NCBI GenBank assembly: GCA_028023455.1
Contig: JAQFVV010000008.1
Location: forward strand, 16,678,001 to 16,742,000
Direction of reading: 5' to 3'
Source of the DNA: Epiperipatus broadwayi
Lineage: Eukaryota > Animalia > Onychophora
DNA: 64,000 nt
Shown: positions 40,416-53,789 of the stretch, in pieces
Layout: each line of letters opens with the position of its first letter
Numbering within the stretch: the stretch's first letter is position 1
Notes under the pieces: model-generated
Databases searched by the model: none
What the model saw: only the letters and a program-made list of their open reading frames with translations
What the model was told of the DNA's origin: nothing
Translations under genes and position numbers: made by a program

Positions 40416-41303
40416 CATACATTGTGCATATTAATATATTTTTATTGGCCAAATTAATCAGAATTCAAAATATTTTATAAAATGTATATCTATGTATATC
40501 AAAAATAATTAATATGGCTGATTTAATATTCAAAAAGATTAAATGAAATTAAGCAGACATTTTTAAAAGAATAAAAAGAAATACATTAAAGTGCTGCTTA
40601 CCTTTTTCTTATTCTAGCTTCTTCTCAGTATATATTTAATAAAGAAATTTCTTGCTCGTTAAAATACTCTGAAGATTTTTTTACAGTTTGTTGGTTGCCT
40701 TTATTTATCTTAATGCTTTCCTGTTCTCTTCATATAAAATGGTAAGTGAATGCTTTGGATTTTGTAATTATTAATTACAAAGCAGTTTTTTCTATCCTTG
40801 ACATGTAGAATCCATTCTGCAGCAGTTTTTCCTTAAATAGTAACTTGAAGTGAAAATGAGGCTATTTTGATGGTTTCTCTACATCACTTGACATTGTAAC
40901 GATCAGATTCGTGTGCTTCGTTAACATAGTGCAAAATTCGACCACCACACTGAAAAGCAGCACCATAGGTAGAGAAGCTACCATCAGTACTGAGTTCAAA
41001 CATGGTTTATCGGTTCCACAATACATACTATGAAACAACGCATCTAATGCTACATTAGTAAACATTTTCTTAGGCACGGGTATCATGGAGATGCGAGAGT
41101 CTCAAGACTTTATTTTCGAGTTAGCTATATATAATATTAATATTAAACATTTATATTTTAAATAATTGAGAAGATAATATATTGAATGGGTGTTGAATAA
41201 ATAAATATATGACAGCAGACGTATGGTTTGAAATTATTTAATAAGAATATTTTATACTAAATCATTTAATTAAAACATTTGGTTATATTGGAATCGGGGG
41301 GGG

Positions 41304-41336
<33 letters not shown>

Positions 41337-43403
41337 TACAATTATTTGGCTGACGTAATCTAGTTACCTGAATTCTTGAGCAAGTATTTCAGAATCATGC
41401 CTTTTGGGAATTTATAGCTTTGCAATTCATGAGTCTAAATTAGGATTGATAATAGCAGCTGCGGACATATATTTTATTTAATTAAATAAGATTTTATAAG
41501 TGATTTTGGACAGACATTTATTTGAGTGAATTTATGTCACTAATGCAGAAATGGAGTCATGTATTGAATAATAAAATTAATAAGAAATGTGTGGTATGTC
41601 TAGAAATGCGATGAGAGTGTGACAGTACATTAAATCTGCGAAGCCATGGATGAGTTCAAAACAACGGGCTGGCATTTGCCATAGGCCCAAAGGTAAGATG
41701 TCACATAAGCATAATCAGGTGCAAGGGGTTTGTGCCATGCTTACTCCCTGACTGCATGACTGGTGTCAAGCCCTACGGGAACATTTATTATGTCCACTTG
41801 TATAGGACGACTGGGATTAAGTGAATTTTGTAGGATCCGGAATATCCAAGGCTCATAATGAGTTCTCGCAATTCTAAATTGTAACACGTGTGTATTTATA
41901 ACTCACCCCTACATCATCAACATTTAATAAACAACATAGTTGTTTCTCAAAGAAATGCACTTAATGGATTTATTACTTAAAATTTAATAAAAGGGTGAAA
42001 GCAATAGGTAAGTTGGGTGGGTATTAAGAACTAATATGTCAGCCACTTGCTAAGTAGTAGACCCCTGCATTTACAATAAATGAAGCACTGAACGCATGTA
42101 GACTTATATGAAAATAACAATAATTTATAGAAGTAAATATTAATTATATAATTTACAGGTCACGCATCCACTGTTTCAGGCAATCATGTATTTGGATTTA
42201 GAGAATTATGGAGGTTTTCAAGCTGACCAGCCAACATGAGTAAATAAAAGAATTATATTAGTAGGTCGCTGAATACGATGGCAACCATTTTGATTAAGAT
42301 TTATATTTAAATTTGGCGAGGTCCAGTCGGAAATCTTATAGGCATGCTATCATTAGATAATAAAAAAAATGTAAAATTAGAAATACGTATCCAAGAAAGA
42401 CAGAGTTAGGTAAGCTAGATTATTAAAGAATTTTTACATAATAGATTAATAAGTAAATTAGTAATTATACAATTTTTATAGAGTGAGCTATAGCTTGACT
42501 AATATTTAGAGTACTCTAGATGGCCATGGGTACAGGATAAGAAACTTTCAGATTTCATGGTCAGTAGCAGATTGTTCATGAGTTCAAACAGTAGCAGTTC
42601 TTTCCAGCACTCCGGTTATTTATTCATTTCAATAGCAGCAGCAGCTTTCCAATTGTTTGGGCAGCAGATCATCTTGGTTTATTTGGTGAAGGGCACATGT
42701 GGAGGTTTGGCATACTATTGACCATCTGCGGGGGGGGGGAATAGTCTGGGCGCTTTCTACTCTAACATACTGTAGTGGGTAAATTAATTTAAGATTTGGA
42801 TTCTCTCAACCGAGCAAGAGCACAGCCAAAGTCTAACTAAAAGTTCTTAGAAATCCAAGATGTCCTCTTTTCTTTATCTTATCTTTTTCACTTTTATTCT
42901 ATTTTATTTTTAGCTCCATTCATTTGCCCCGAGAATAATCAATGCATTTTTATAAGTTTAATTAATTCAGAAAGCTGCTATTCTATTGTTTAGGTTTTTT
43001 ACCTTTTACATTTTTGTAATTAAAGCTTTTAGAGAATTTTTCTGTTTAATTAATCTATTCTCTCTCACCGACCATTACTTGCAAAATTCCAAGTACAAAA
43101 GGGAATATACAATTATTTTTATTTAAATTACAATCGAATTTCCAAAATTATTATTAAAATACGAAATTTAAAATAGAAACAAACTAACGAACTTTACAAC
43201 TTAAAATAAATAATTGATTTTTTAAGAAAAGCAATAAACTAACGAACATTTATAATTTAAATAAATAGTTAAAGTTATAAAATTATATAACTAAAAGAGA
43301 AAGTTAAATCATATCAATTATTTTTATTTATTGCTCTAAATTTGTCATCGAAATGTGCGTACGTTTATGGTGAATTTTACAGATATTGATATATTTTTAA
43401 TAT

Positions 43404-46400
43404 TGTTACACACACAATTCGATACCAAAAAGTTTAAATTTGGGTAGGATAGAGTGGTGGGTGAGAGATGATAGAAAAAGGTGAAACTTAAGATTTGAAT
43501 GCGAATCTTACTGTTTCAACATATAAGATGGCAAATAATTTATAAATTATCACTATTATTGAAGTGCAAATAGTAACTCACTAGCATTTTAAAAACTGCC
43601 TTATTTACTATAATTCCAATCTTTAAAATTTTCTTGGAAAAAAGTAATTCAAAAAATAAATATATACATGTCATACTAAGAAAAGCTTGTGTAATACTTT
43701 AACAATATAGTATGCTGAACATGCTTTTGACTAACTGGTAGTCATATTCATCGCTTTCTTGGATAACTATGGCTATGAATATGTCTACTAGTCAGTTGAA
43801 AGCATGCTCAGCATACTATATTGTTAAAGTATTAAAGAAGCTTTTTTTTAGAAAATGTGTTGTATGTATTTATTTTTTGAATTACTAGTTAAATACAAAC
43901 TCTAAAAACTTTATAGAAGTTTTTTAAAATATTGAGAAATAAGCTTAAAACTTAATTTTTCCACCTTATAATTGCCTTATCAACAAAAAGAAACAATTGA
44001 CATCAGCGTGAAAATTTGATAGACAATTAATTAACTGTAACATATCTTTAAAAATACATTTAGCAGGGGGTTAATTATAATTGAAGAAAGTATTAATATC
44101 TGTCTTTAAATTTTTAATGGATTTTTTTTACATAATAATATCAGTATACTAAAAAATAAGATAGTTTAGTATTTTTCTTGCTCTGACGTATTATGCTTAA
44201 CATGTTTTTTGCCGGTAAGATTTCAACGAAGATTAGGTAAACGATATCATGGCAACAAAGACATTGGCAACACTAATCCATGGGAATACTGATTTTTTGA
44301 TCATGGTGTCCTACGAGATTTAAAAAGTCGAGAGACCTATGGGAAATTTTGTCATTTCTCTGTCTTTTACGGTTTTGATATTGGCGTGAGCACAGTGATA
44401 TTTTTGATCATATTGAGAATATTTTCATATCTAAAATGGACATTATATTACTTTATAGAGAAAATTTTTAACTGTTCATTGAATTCTTTTTTACATTCAT
44501 TTAAATAAATAAACATATTAAATTTTATCTCTCCTAAAAGAATTTAGTTCATTTTACAAAAGAGATTTTTAAAAATTTGCATTGTCTGGTATCACCTAAT
44601 ATATTGAACATGATTGAAATCCGATTAAGTTTTAATCTTCACTAAACTTAATTTTTGTTAAAACGTTTAATGTTTAAATTTTATTATTATTTAAAAAAGA
44701 ATATGTGTATCAAAATACACAAGTGTTTATATGTAAAACGCTTCATTCAGTGTTTATCGATTTATTTTAAAATAGTTTTCATATACCACTTATTTTTACT
44801 TTAAATCAATTAATTAAAAACAAGCAACCTTGCTAATTACTTTCCTGTAGCTTTTATTTAATTATTGTTGATTAATTCTAAAAGCGGAGATTTGATTTCT
44901 ATGTAGTTGTTTTTGTTTCAATAATCCCTGGGTAGAATTCTTAGATAGATTGAGTGGGAGATTAATATTTGCCCTGCCTAAGGTGTAGAAATTGGACAAC
45001 AAGGAAAGTGTTTCGCGGGAAATAGAGCAACGTATAAATAGCCCTGAAAATTTGGAGTGTTAGTTAATTCATTATTCGTAACTAGACAAGCTGTTCCTCA
45101 AGTGAAAGTTTATCTCAACAGGCATTTAAATTCTTAAAGGAAATTCGCTGTTATTTAAATCCTTTTGCTTGCAACAAGATGAAAAATTCTATACGTGTTA
45201 TCACCACCCGAATGGCTTGCTAACTCAACAAAAGACTGATCCCTAACTTCCAAATTGGCTCCAGTAATGCCTTAAACATCTACAAGAAGCCGGAACCTCT
45301 TTACATCTACCTTGCCGCTGTCTAAAGACCTGAAAATGAACAAAAATAATAGTGCGCACTCTACGTGAACTTTGTTTTACCGAAAGGTAATTATTTTATT
45401 TTTCCCGGGGTAAATTAATTCTCATTAAATCTCCGCTCAGTCTAATCATAAAAATCTGTATTCGTAAACTTAAGTAATATTTATATTCACATTTAATCTT
45501 TATTGTGTTTTCTTGTATTTTTGTAATGGGTTTTGGAATCTTAGTTTTAAGATTCCCAATTTGCTTTCAGTTTTGTTTATTGGAGAGACAAGTGAGTTTA
45601 TATTTTTATGCCTAAAACTTTTTATAAATGCTTTAGCAGTCGTGCATTTTAAATGCTTACCTGTAATTATGTTATTATTCAATAATTAATTTTAAACTCT
45701 ATGTTTGCCCTATTGCTAAACCTCCAAAAATCTTTTGGCTGGCGACTTTATTGTCTAATTTTCCGGTGGAGATTTCGTTTCTTATATCTCTAAAAGTGGA
45801 AATTAGAATTGTTTTTTCATTGTAATTTTATAAGTCGTTAGCAGGAAGATAAAATTTATCCATTTTTAAATTACAGGTGAGCAATACTTTCGTTCTTCTA
45901 GAGTATTTAAACTTTTAATATTTTCGTACTCATGTGCACTCTCCGATAGATTTCTTTTTGTATTTATTATGTGTGCTTTAAATTTATCAGAGTGTGTACT
46001 CAGAATTTGTTTGTAAGTTTATTTTCTTTAAATGCTGGGGCAGACGTAACTGTTTTTCTAATTATTTACTTGTCCCTTATTGAGACCTTTAATTATTAAT
46101 TTTAAAGTAATTTTCGCCAATTGTTTGGCTGGGATTCACCGTTTTTAATTGTTTTACTTCATTTCAATCTTATTTTTTGGTTGTTCTTGAGGTGGATCAA
46201 TCACCGTTATTTTAAACATAGTAATAGGTGCAGTTCATATCGACATAAGGACATTCAGATCTGACCATTTTTGGATCTTGAAAAGCTCGTCGGCACTGGT
46301 TTCTTTGATCTATTTTAAGGGCGTATTGCTTAAATATCTGAAAGTGAAAACCAATGTTTGGATGAATCCTCTGCTGAATAAAATTTACTTCCTCCCTTTA

Positions 46401-46761
46401 TAATTCGTTTATTAGAAGACCAGTCGGTCTGTCATAGCTTTGCCTTAGTATTTCTGGTACACGCCTGAGTTAACCCCCATTTATTGTGTCATAAACTTAT
46501 ACTTAATAATTTATTTTCTCATAATAAAATTTATGAAATATGTTTAAACTTAATTTGGCTGATGTTTGTCTTTGTGCTTTTTGTCTCGATTGTCTAAACA
46601 ATTTAAGATCTCTTGTTTCTCCCTGAGTCTAGTCGGCGCAAACCATCATCATCATCTATTCTGATCACAGTAAACAAATTTTCCAGATACGTAGTGATCT
46701 GGTGGCGCCCTCTGTATCAGAATAGATTGATAGACGAAAGTTAAAAGCTTTTGTCGGCACA
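43404..46761 (-). mobile_element. Candidate solo-LTR-like element D (left boundary uncertain: 43404 or 42771)
   Basis: It ends TGTCGGCACA followed by ATAT, with a subterminal TGGCGCCCT motif as in element A. Candidate left junctions are ATAT|TGT at 43404 and ATAC|TGT at 42771. The interior is CpG-richer and non-coding. Confidence 0.35.
43644..43885. repeat. About 240-bp hairpin (foldback MITE-like)
   Basis: Arms GTAATTCAAAAAATAAAT...TAGTATGCTGAACATGCTTT...CATATTCAT match the reverse complement at about 43775-43885, around a loop of about 25 nt. Confidence 0.9.
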
Positions 46762-48125
46762 ATATATATGTCAATCTGTTATTTTTTATAAAAAAAAAAA
46801 ACGAATTTAAGTTTGTTAATATTATTAAGTGATATTACGAATGGTGATTGTTTAACAAAGAATACAAAAGATTTTTAATCATTTTATCAACAAATAAATA
46901 TAAAAACTAGATTGTTTTTTTTTATATTTAAATTGAGAAATAATTTTTTAGCAAAATAAAATTTTAGTTTGGTATTCATGGCAAAATAACTTTTTTCAAA
47001 AAATAATTATTTTACAGCTGTAAATGGGAAACAGTTTAATTACAATTATTGCACTAAAGGAGCATTTGAAATGACTAAAATTTAATTTCTATATTATTTA
47101 AGAGATGGGGGGGGGTATATAAAATAGCTTTTTATTAATATTTCAAAATATCATATCTTTTTTATTCTTTATGCATTGATTGTATGTGTACATATGTAAT
47201 ATTTTAAAAAAATACACCTTTTATGATCACTTTTTACATACATTAATTTTTATTTATTTATTGTCATTTTTTAACAGTTTTGATCAGAGGTATAATATTC
47301 AAATATATATGAGTACATAATTAATATATTTTATATTTTAATGGACAAGATTGTAACGGTCATATTTGTACATTCACACAACAAAATCTAGAATCCTAGC
47401 AAATTATACCAAGGCTGATTTAGAGGAGGGGTTGAGACCTCGAATCAGATCGCACCTCAGCTCCTCCACCAACACTCCATGACTTACTACCCTATGAATG
47501 ACATATATGAGGCTACACTCTGAGTTTCTTAATTCACGTGCCAGTAGTAGCAAAGGATGGAACAAGAGACTCAGGAAAATTAACTAACATTTTAAATCAA
47601 CACACACCTATATGGCTGGCTAGACAATGCATACATCAATAGTTAATGCTAGTATTAAGAAATTTAACTAAGATTTGGGATGGATTACGAATGACATGCA
47701 ACACTGATTATAATTTAATATATTTTAATTAATAAATATAGATTAAGTAAATATGAGTGCACTGAATGACACACGCAGGTGTAACAATGATGAGCAAGTT
47801 TGAGAACAGAATCTCATCTAATGCACTATAGTTCAAAACAGTTTATTACAATTTTAATAATCTACGGTCTATTTATGCCTTAATTTTACCATGCCCTATC
47901 TATTATGTTTGCGACGGTTAAGTTGGTGCAAGAAGGATGATTTATCACCATAACATTTAATAAATGGTCATTTAATAACAATGAGCTGCAATAGGCGCTC
48001 TATGCAGATTATATACGTACCAAACCAAATTACATATTCAGATCAATGCTGAAATATTATGTTACATTATGGAGGGTTGAACTGGAGCTTTGTAGTATGA
48101 CTTCAGATATTATGACATTATATAT

Positions 48126-49771
48126 TGTAACCGTTTATTCCGGCGCAAACACATATATATGTGATACACGTTTATTATGTATTTTAAACTTAAGTTTTGC
48201 TTTTTTATTTAACAGAAATTTATAATATGAACACATATATGTGTGGTTGGTTTTGCGATGCCCTCTAATTACTCGCCCAGCATATTTATGAGCATCAATA
48301 ATGACCTCGCGCCAATCTTACCTACGAATAAATAAGAATTATGCTGGGAGAGGATGAGTATCTATTTCTGGTGGTTAGAGCTTGTATCTCTGGCTAGCTC
48401 ACTCAGGGGTAGTAGTCGGTGACCGTGGGAAAGAGGTGGAGGGAACATATAAAAATGCACATGTAGCGCATGAACTATTCATTTGCTTTCCTACTTTTTG
48501 CTTTTTAATATTATTTTAAGAAATTAACACTAACACACACAATTAAATTTATAATACTAATTAATATTTATTAATATAAAACAAATAAAACAAAACCCAT
48601 AAAATCCCAGAATTGGATATTGGTTTGTGCCCGAACAATTAAATAACCTCCATGTAAATACACTCGCACAAGTTTATAAATGCCATTCACAAAAATACAG
48701 ATCATAGCTTGAAAACAATTTCAATCAGGCATTGTCTATTAAGGCGTATACAGGGTATTATTTCAACATTTTCTTCATTTACTTTAACCCTTTTACGCAT
48801 TATTTAATAGGACGTGCTTTCATTCAAAATAGTTATTATCACTTACGAAAATGTTTGGTTTATCTCACCCAGGTGTAGATTATTAGCTGTACGATTAAAA
48901 TATTTCTTTCTTTGGTCAAATTCCATAAGGCAATCAATGGCATCCAGTGAATGCTGTTCTTTTCATGGTTTTAAGAAGGGCTTCGCTCCTACATTTACAG
49001 TGATGGTAGTCTCTCCACAGGATGGATGGCATAGCCTGGCCCGTTCTGCTCTTCTACCCCAACCTGTTCATGATTTTTCGATTATAAACTTTTTTTCTTT
49101 TTACCAACTTTTTCTTACGATCCTGCTCATGGCAGTCACAACTAATATAAGTCCTTCTCAATTCAGCTTTCTCGAATCTCCTTAATCATGCTATTGTTCT
49201 GCTTTAATTGAACCACGTGGTTTGCAAAACAAAAATCTTTTCAATACTTTTCTTTTCTTTGTTTCTCTTATCTAAGCTTAGGAATTTCCAATTTACCTTG
49301 CAATCTACACTCGACCGTTCATTGTCTATTACTTTTAACATTTTATTTTATTAATTAAAATGTCTTTGTCTCAAGATAGTGATCTGCAACTGTTCGGGTC
49401 CTTTCTTTGCAATTAATTAATTTTTTTTATAATTTGTGACATTCTTCCTTTAATCGACCATCTTGGAATATTTCTTTTTAAATTAAAATAACTTTTATTC
49501 CTTTTTACGAAATTATTACATTTACTCACTCATGCAGCAATATAAACACGCGTATAAATAAATATCAGAGCACAAACCATATAATCCCCCATCCCTCTTA
49601 TATTTCAACCTGTTTTTATTTAATTACTTAAATATATATGTATGGGCTCGCATACAAGGTCACAATGAAAAAGAACAATTTACTTAATATTATATTTGAT
49701 TTAATTAGCTACGTATGCTCGGTAGTATTACCCTCTGACTTAGAACAGGGTTTGAACTCAGGCCTGTTATA
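48126..49771. mobile_element. Solo-LTR-like element C nested in the left arm of B
   Basis: TGTAACC...TGTTATA termini with ATAT on both sides. Removing it restores colinearity with the right arm of B (cattat-atgt-attact). A TATA-like CATATAAAAA lies near 48450. Confidence 0.75.
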
Positions 49772-50172
49772 ATATATTACTAGAGAGGTGTACGTCTCAA
49801 ATTTGTAGTTACTCAGGAAATTCAGTACCAAGTACTCGGTTCAAGTGGACCATATGACTTGCTGTGAATAAATTGAACATATAGTTCGGTGATCAGAGCA
49901 CTATCTGGACCCTCCTGTTCCAGTTCTAAAGAAGAGCTGTCTGAACTAAGTAGATGGATGGCCATTAAAACTAGAAGCTCATTCATTTAAGAAACATACA
50001 GCAAAGCGTAAATGCACATATGTGCTTCCCAAAAATATATTCGCTTGCTAAATATAATATTAATTAATAACTTAAGATACGCAAAATTCTATAGTTTTCT
50101 GCAAAACTACCGCATGCCAGTTCATAATTAGCATTCTTAAAACATGCTAAAGGGATACTTTAAGTAATCTTA

Positions 50173-50364
50173 TTTATTAACCAATCTTCACAGTTTATAA
50201 TATAACTCAAAAGAGGGCTAAAGCATATCTGAGATGTAAGCAATACATATAATATGCTTTCTAACTCATTTATTAACCAATCTTCACAGTTTATAATATA
50301 ACTCAAAAGAGGGCTAAAGCATATCTGAGATGTAAGCAATACATATAATATGCTTTCTAACTCA
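50173..50364. repeat. Exact 96-bp tandem duplication in the left arm of B
   Basis: 50173-50268 equals 50269-50364. The right arm has a single copy. Confidence 0.95.
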
Positions 50365-53300
50365 TTCTTGCACTTATTAACTAATTACTTTATTAATTGG
50401 AAAACCTAATTCTAGTGACAATAATAATAATAAGCTAAACATAATAGCTTAACCAATATATTTAGGTTTTCAGAGTGGAGATTTATGTGTGTGTGTGTTA
50501 AAGAGCAAAATTACTGAATTATGAGAGAGCCTCTACTCATCTCCCCCTCAAATTTTATTCATAGAATCAATCTCTGTTCTGAATTGGGCATAGCATAAAT
50601 TATAAAATTAACATATATAAAACAAATAAGAAGGCATGACCGCAGATTAGCAAGTAACAGAATAATAACTGAATAAGTTATTATTAACAAGCATTTAGAG
50701 TTTTAGATTTTAATTTAATAGATAGGCAAGTTTACAGATATTATTTTAGCAGAATTTTAAATTATAATTTACAGATGTAAACCAGTTTTAATTATTAGAA
50801 TATATTACAGTTTAGAATTTTATGCACATTATAGATTAGTAGCTAGCTTAGCTTTTAGATAAATTTTTAGAATTATTTTTTTAAAGAGCTCTGCAGGAAA
50901 AATTTGTTACCGTATCTTTGCTGAGGCTTTTCTGTAGCTGATCACCATCATTCTTGGCTGGGCTGATCCATTCCTGATGTCTTCTTAGCAGATTAACTCT
51001 TCTCCCCATTCTTCCACCTCTATAGACCGATCTGTTGAAAGGAGAGCCTGCAAACGATATGGCCTTAGCTGCCAAACTCCATTTTCCAATCAGTCATAGT
51101 GACTGACAGCAATTACTATATCAAATTCTAAATAAGTGAACCCTTATTTCTTAAATTCTAAAACTCTAAATGCTTGTTAATAATAACTTATTCAGTTATT
51201 ATTTTGTTACTTGCTAATCCATGGTCATGCCTTCTTATTTGTTTTATGTTTATTTTATAATTTATGCTATGCCCAATTCAGAGCGGAGATTGATTCTATG
51301 AATAAAGTTTGAGGGGAAGATAATTAGAAGCTCTCTCATAATTCAGTAATTTCGCTCTTTAACACACACATATAAATCTCCGCTCGAAAACCCATAATAT
51401 ATTGGTTAATCTATTATGTTTAGCTTATTATTATTATTGTCATTAGAATTAGGTTTGCAAGTCAAAGTAATTAGTTAATAAATGCAAGAATGAGTTAGAA
51501 AGCATATTATACGTATTGCATAAGTCCCAGATATGCTTTAGCCCTCTTTTGAGTTATATTATAAACTGTGCATATTGGTTAATAAATTAGATTACTTAAA
51601 GTATCCCTTGAGCATGTTTTAAGAATGCTAATTATGAACTAGTATATGGTAGTTTCATGAAATGAAACTATCGAATTTTGCATATCTTAGGTTATTAGTT
51701 AATATTATATTTAATGTGGTGAATGTGTCTTTAGGAAGCACATACATGCATTTACGCCTTGCTTTATGTTTCTTATGGGAATGGGATTCTAGTTTTAATG
51801 TCCATCCCATCTACTTAGTCCGGACAGCTATTTAGAACTGGAACACGAGGGTCCAGATGGTTTATAAGCTGCTCTGATCACTGAACTATATGTTCAATTT
51901 ATTCACAGCAAGTCAAATGGTTCACGGGAACTGAGACTTGGTACTAAATCCCCTGAGATGCACACCTCTTTAGTAATACATATAATGCCGTAGTATCTGA
52001 AGTCATACTACAGAGCTCCAGTTCATCCCTCCATAATGCAATATAATATTTCAGCATTGATTTGAATATGTAATCTGGTTTGGTACGTATATAATCTGCA
52101 TAGAGAGCTTATTGCAGCTCATTAAGTGTGTATTAAATGATCTTTAATTAAATGTTATGGTGATAAATCATCATTCTTGCACTGATTTAACCATCGCAAA
52201 CCTAATAGGTAGGGCATGATAAAATTAAGGCGTAAATAGACCATAGATTATTAAAATTGTAATAAACTCTTTTGAACTATAGTGCATTAGATGAGATTCT
52301 ATTTTTAAACTTGCTCATCATTGTTACACCTGTGTGTGTCATTCAATGCACCTATATTTATTTAATCTATATTTATTAATTAAAATATATTAAATTATAA
52401 TCACTGTTGCGTATCATTCGTAATCCATCCCAAATCTTAGTTAAGTTTCTTAATACTAGTGTTAACTATTGATGTATGCATTGTCTAGCCAGCTATAGAG
52501 ATGTGTGTTCATTTAAAGTATTAGTAATTTAGTTAAATTTCCTGAGTCTCTTGCTCCATCCTTTGCTACTGCTGGCATGTGAACTAAAACTCTGAGTATA
52601 GACTCATATATGTCATTCATAGGGTAGTAAATCTTGGAGCATTGGTGAAGGAGCTGAGGTGTGATCAGATTCAAGGTCTCAATCCCTCATCTAGATCAGC
52701 CTTGGTATAATTTGCCAAAACTCTGTATTTTGTTGTGTGAATGTACATATATGACTATTACAAGATTGTATAATCGGGGTTACCCCCATGCTCTTAGTTT
52801 AAATCCCTACCTAGGCTTCCTAGTCTCAACCACCTAATTAACATCCTTGATATCACCCAGATTCCTTTTTTTCACAGCATGATCTAGTTCAGGGCACAAA
52901 CAAACTCAGGGTTCTTTCAACAACTTGGTTCAGTGCACCTTAGCCCTTCCTTTATACAGATTGGTATTACATTATAACTTGTAATTCTGCTCAAACATAC
53001 TATCAAATCAATTTTATTACTAGACTGACAGATTACATAGGATTTTCACTAGCCTGGGTTTAAAGCTCAGACTTCTCAAAGCAATATTCAACAAATACTT
53101 AAGTCTAGATTATTAGCTTACGGTTCTATGGTTTTAGAAATATACATTTAATTATTCATGATCATAATAGTTTATTATAATATTTAATGGAATGAATAGA
53201 TGGCATACAAGTTAATTTATAAATTAACGATTTCACTGGCCCTTACATTATTATGGATTGAAGTACTGGCAGTTTATGTATTGATATGTGCCTAAATTAC

Positions 53301-53563
53301 AATAATTAATTGAATAAGTAACAATGATCAATCTTAATAAACAACTTTCAGTCATTATTGCTTTTGAAATACTAATCTTTTAAAAGGGATTATGATAAAG
53401 CCATTGTGCACAGGTTCGATTCTACCATCATCCGGGAAGACATATGCATGGGCGAAGGTCAAAACAAAGGAGTGATTTAAATATTGCAGTTCTGCTCTCT
53501 TTATAATCACCATTCATTGTCACACTATAGGTAAATGAGATTTGAGGTCTGCTGGGCAATCAA

Positions 53564-53789
53564 GTGGTATAATTTACTATTGGAAAAATGGATGTCCATG
53601 GCTGGCGAGGTGCATCTGCTTCTGACCATGGGCACCTTCCTATGGAGAGAGTGAAAATGTGCTAAATCTAGGATTTGGTGGTATAATTTACTATTGAAAA
53701 ATGGATGTCCATGGCTGGTGAGGGCATCTGCTTCTGACCATGGGCACCTTCCTATGGAGAGAGTGAAAATGTGCTAAATCTAGGATTTG
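53564..53789. repeat. About 113-bp tandem duplication in a GC-richer, probably retroelement-derived segment
   Basis: GTGGTATAATTTACTATTG...CTAAATCTAGGATTTG occurs twice with a few substitutions or indels. Confidence 0.9.

Larger units (their letters stand above)
47352..52762. mobile_element. Giant non-coding foldback element B (5.4 kb including a nested insertion), TGT...ACA termini, 4-bp TSD AGAT
   Basis: TGTAACGGTCATATTTGTAC at 47352 pairs with GTACATATATGACTATTACA ending at 52762, with AGAT on both flanks. Arms 47352-48125 plus 49772-50712 pair with 51150-52762, roughly 85-90% identical by eye. Confidence 0.9.

Noticed and set aside
41880-42770. TGTAAC start at 41880 as another TGT-ended element
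   Set aside because: No matching right terminus or TSD was found.
48814-49185. 123-aa ORF inside element C
   Set aside because: It has a non-ATG start and no domain similarity. The opposite strand is also partly open but interrupted by stops.
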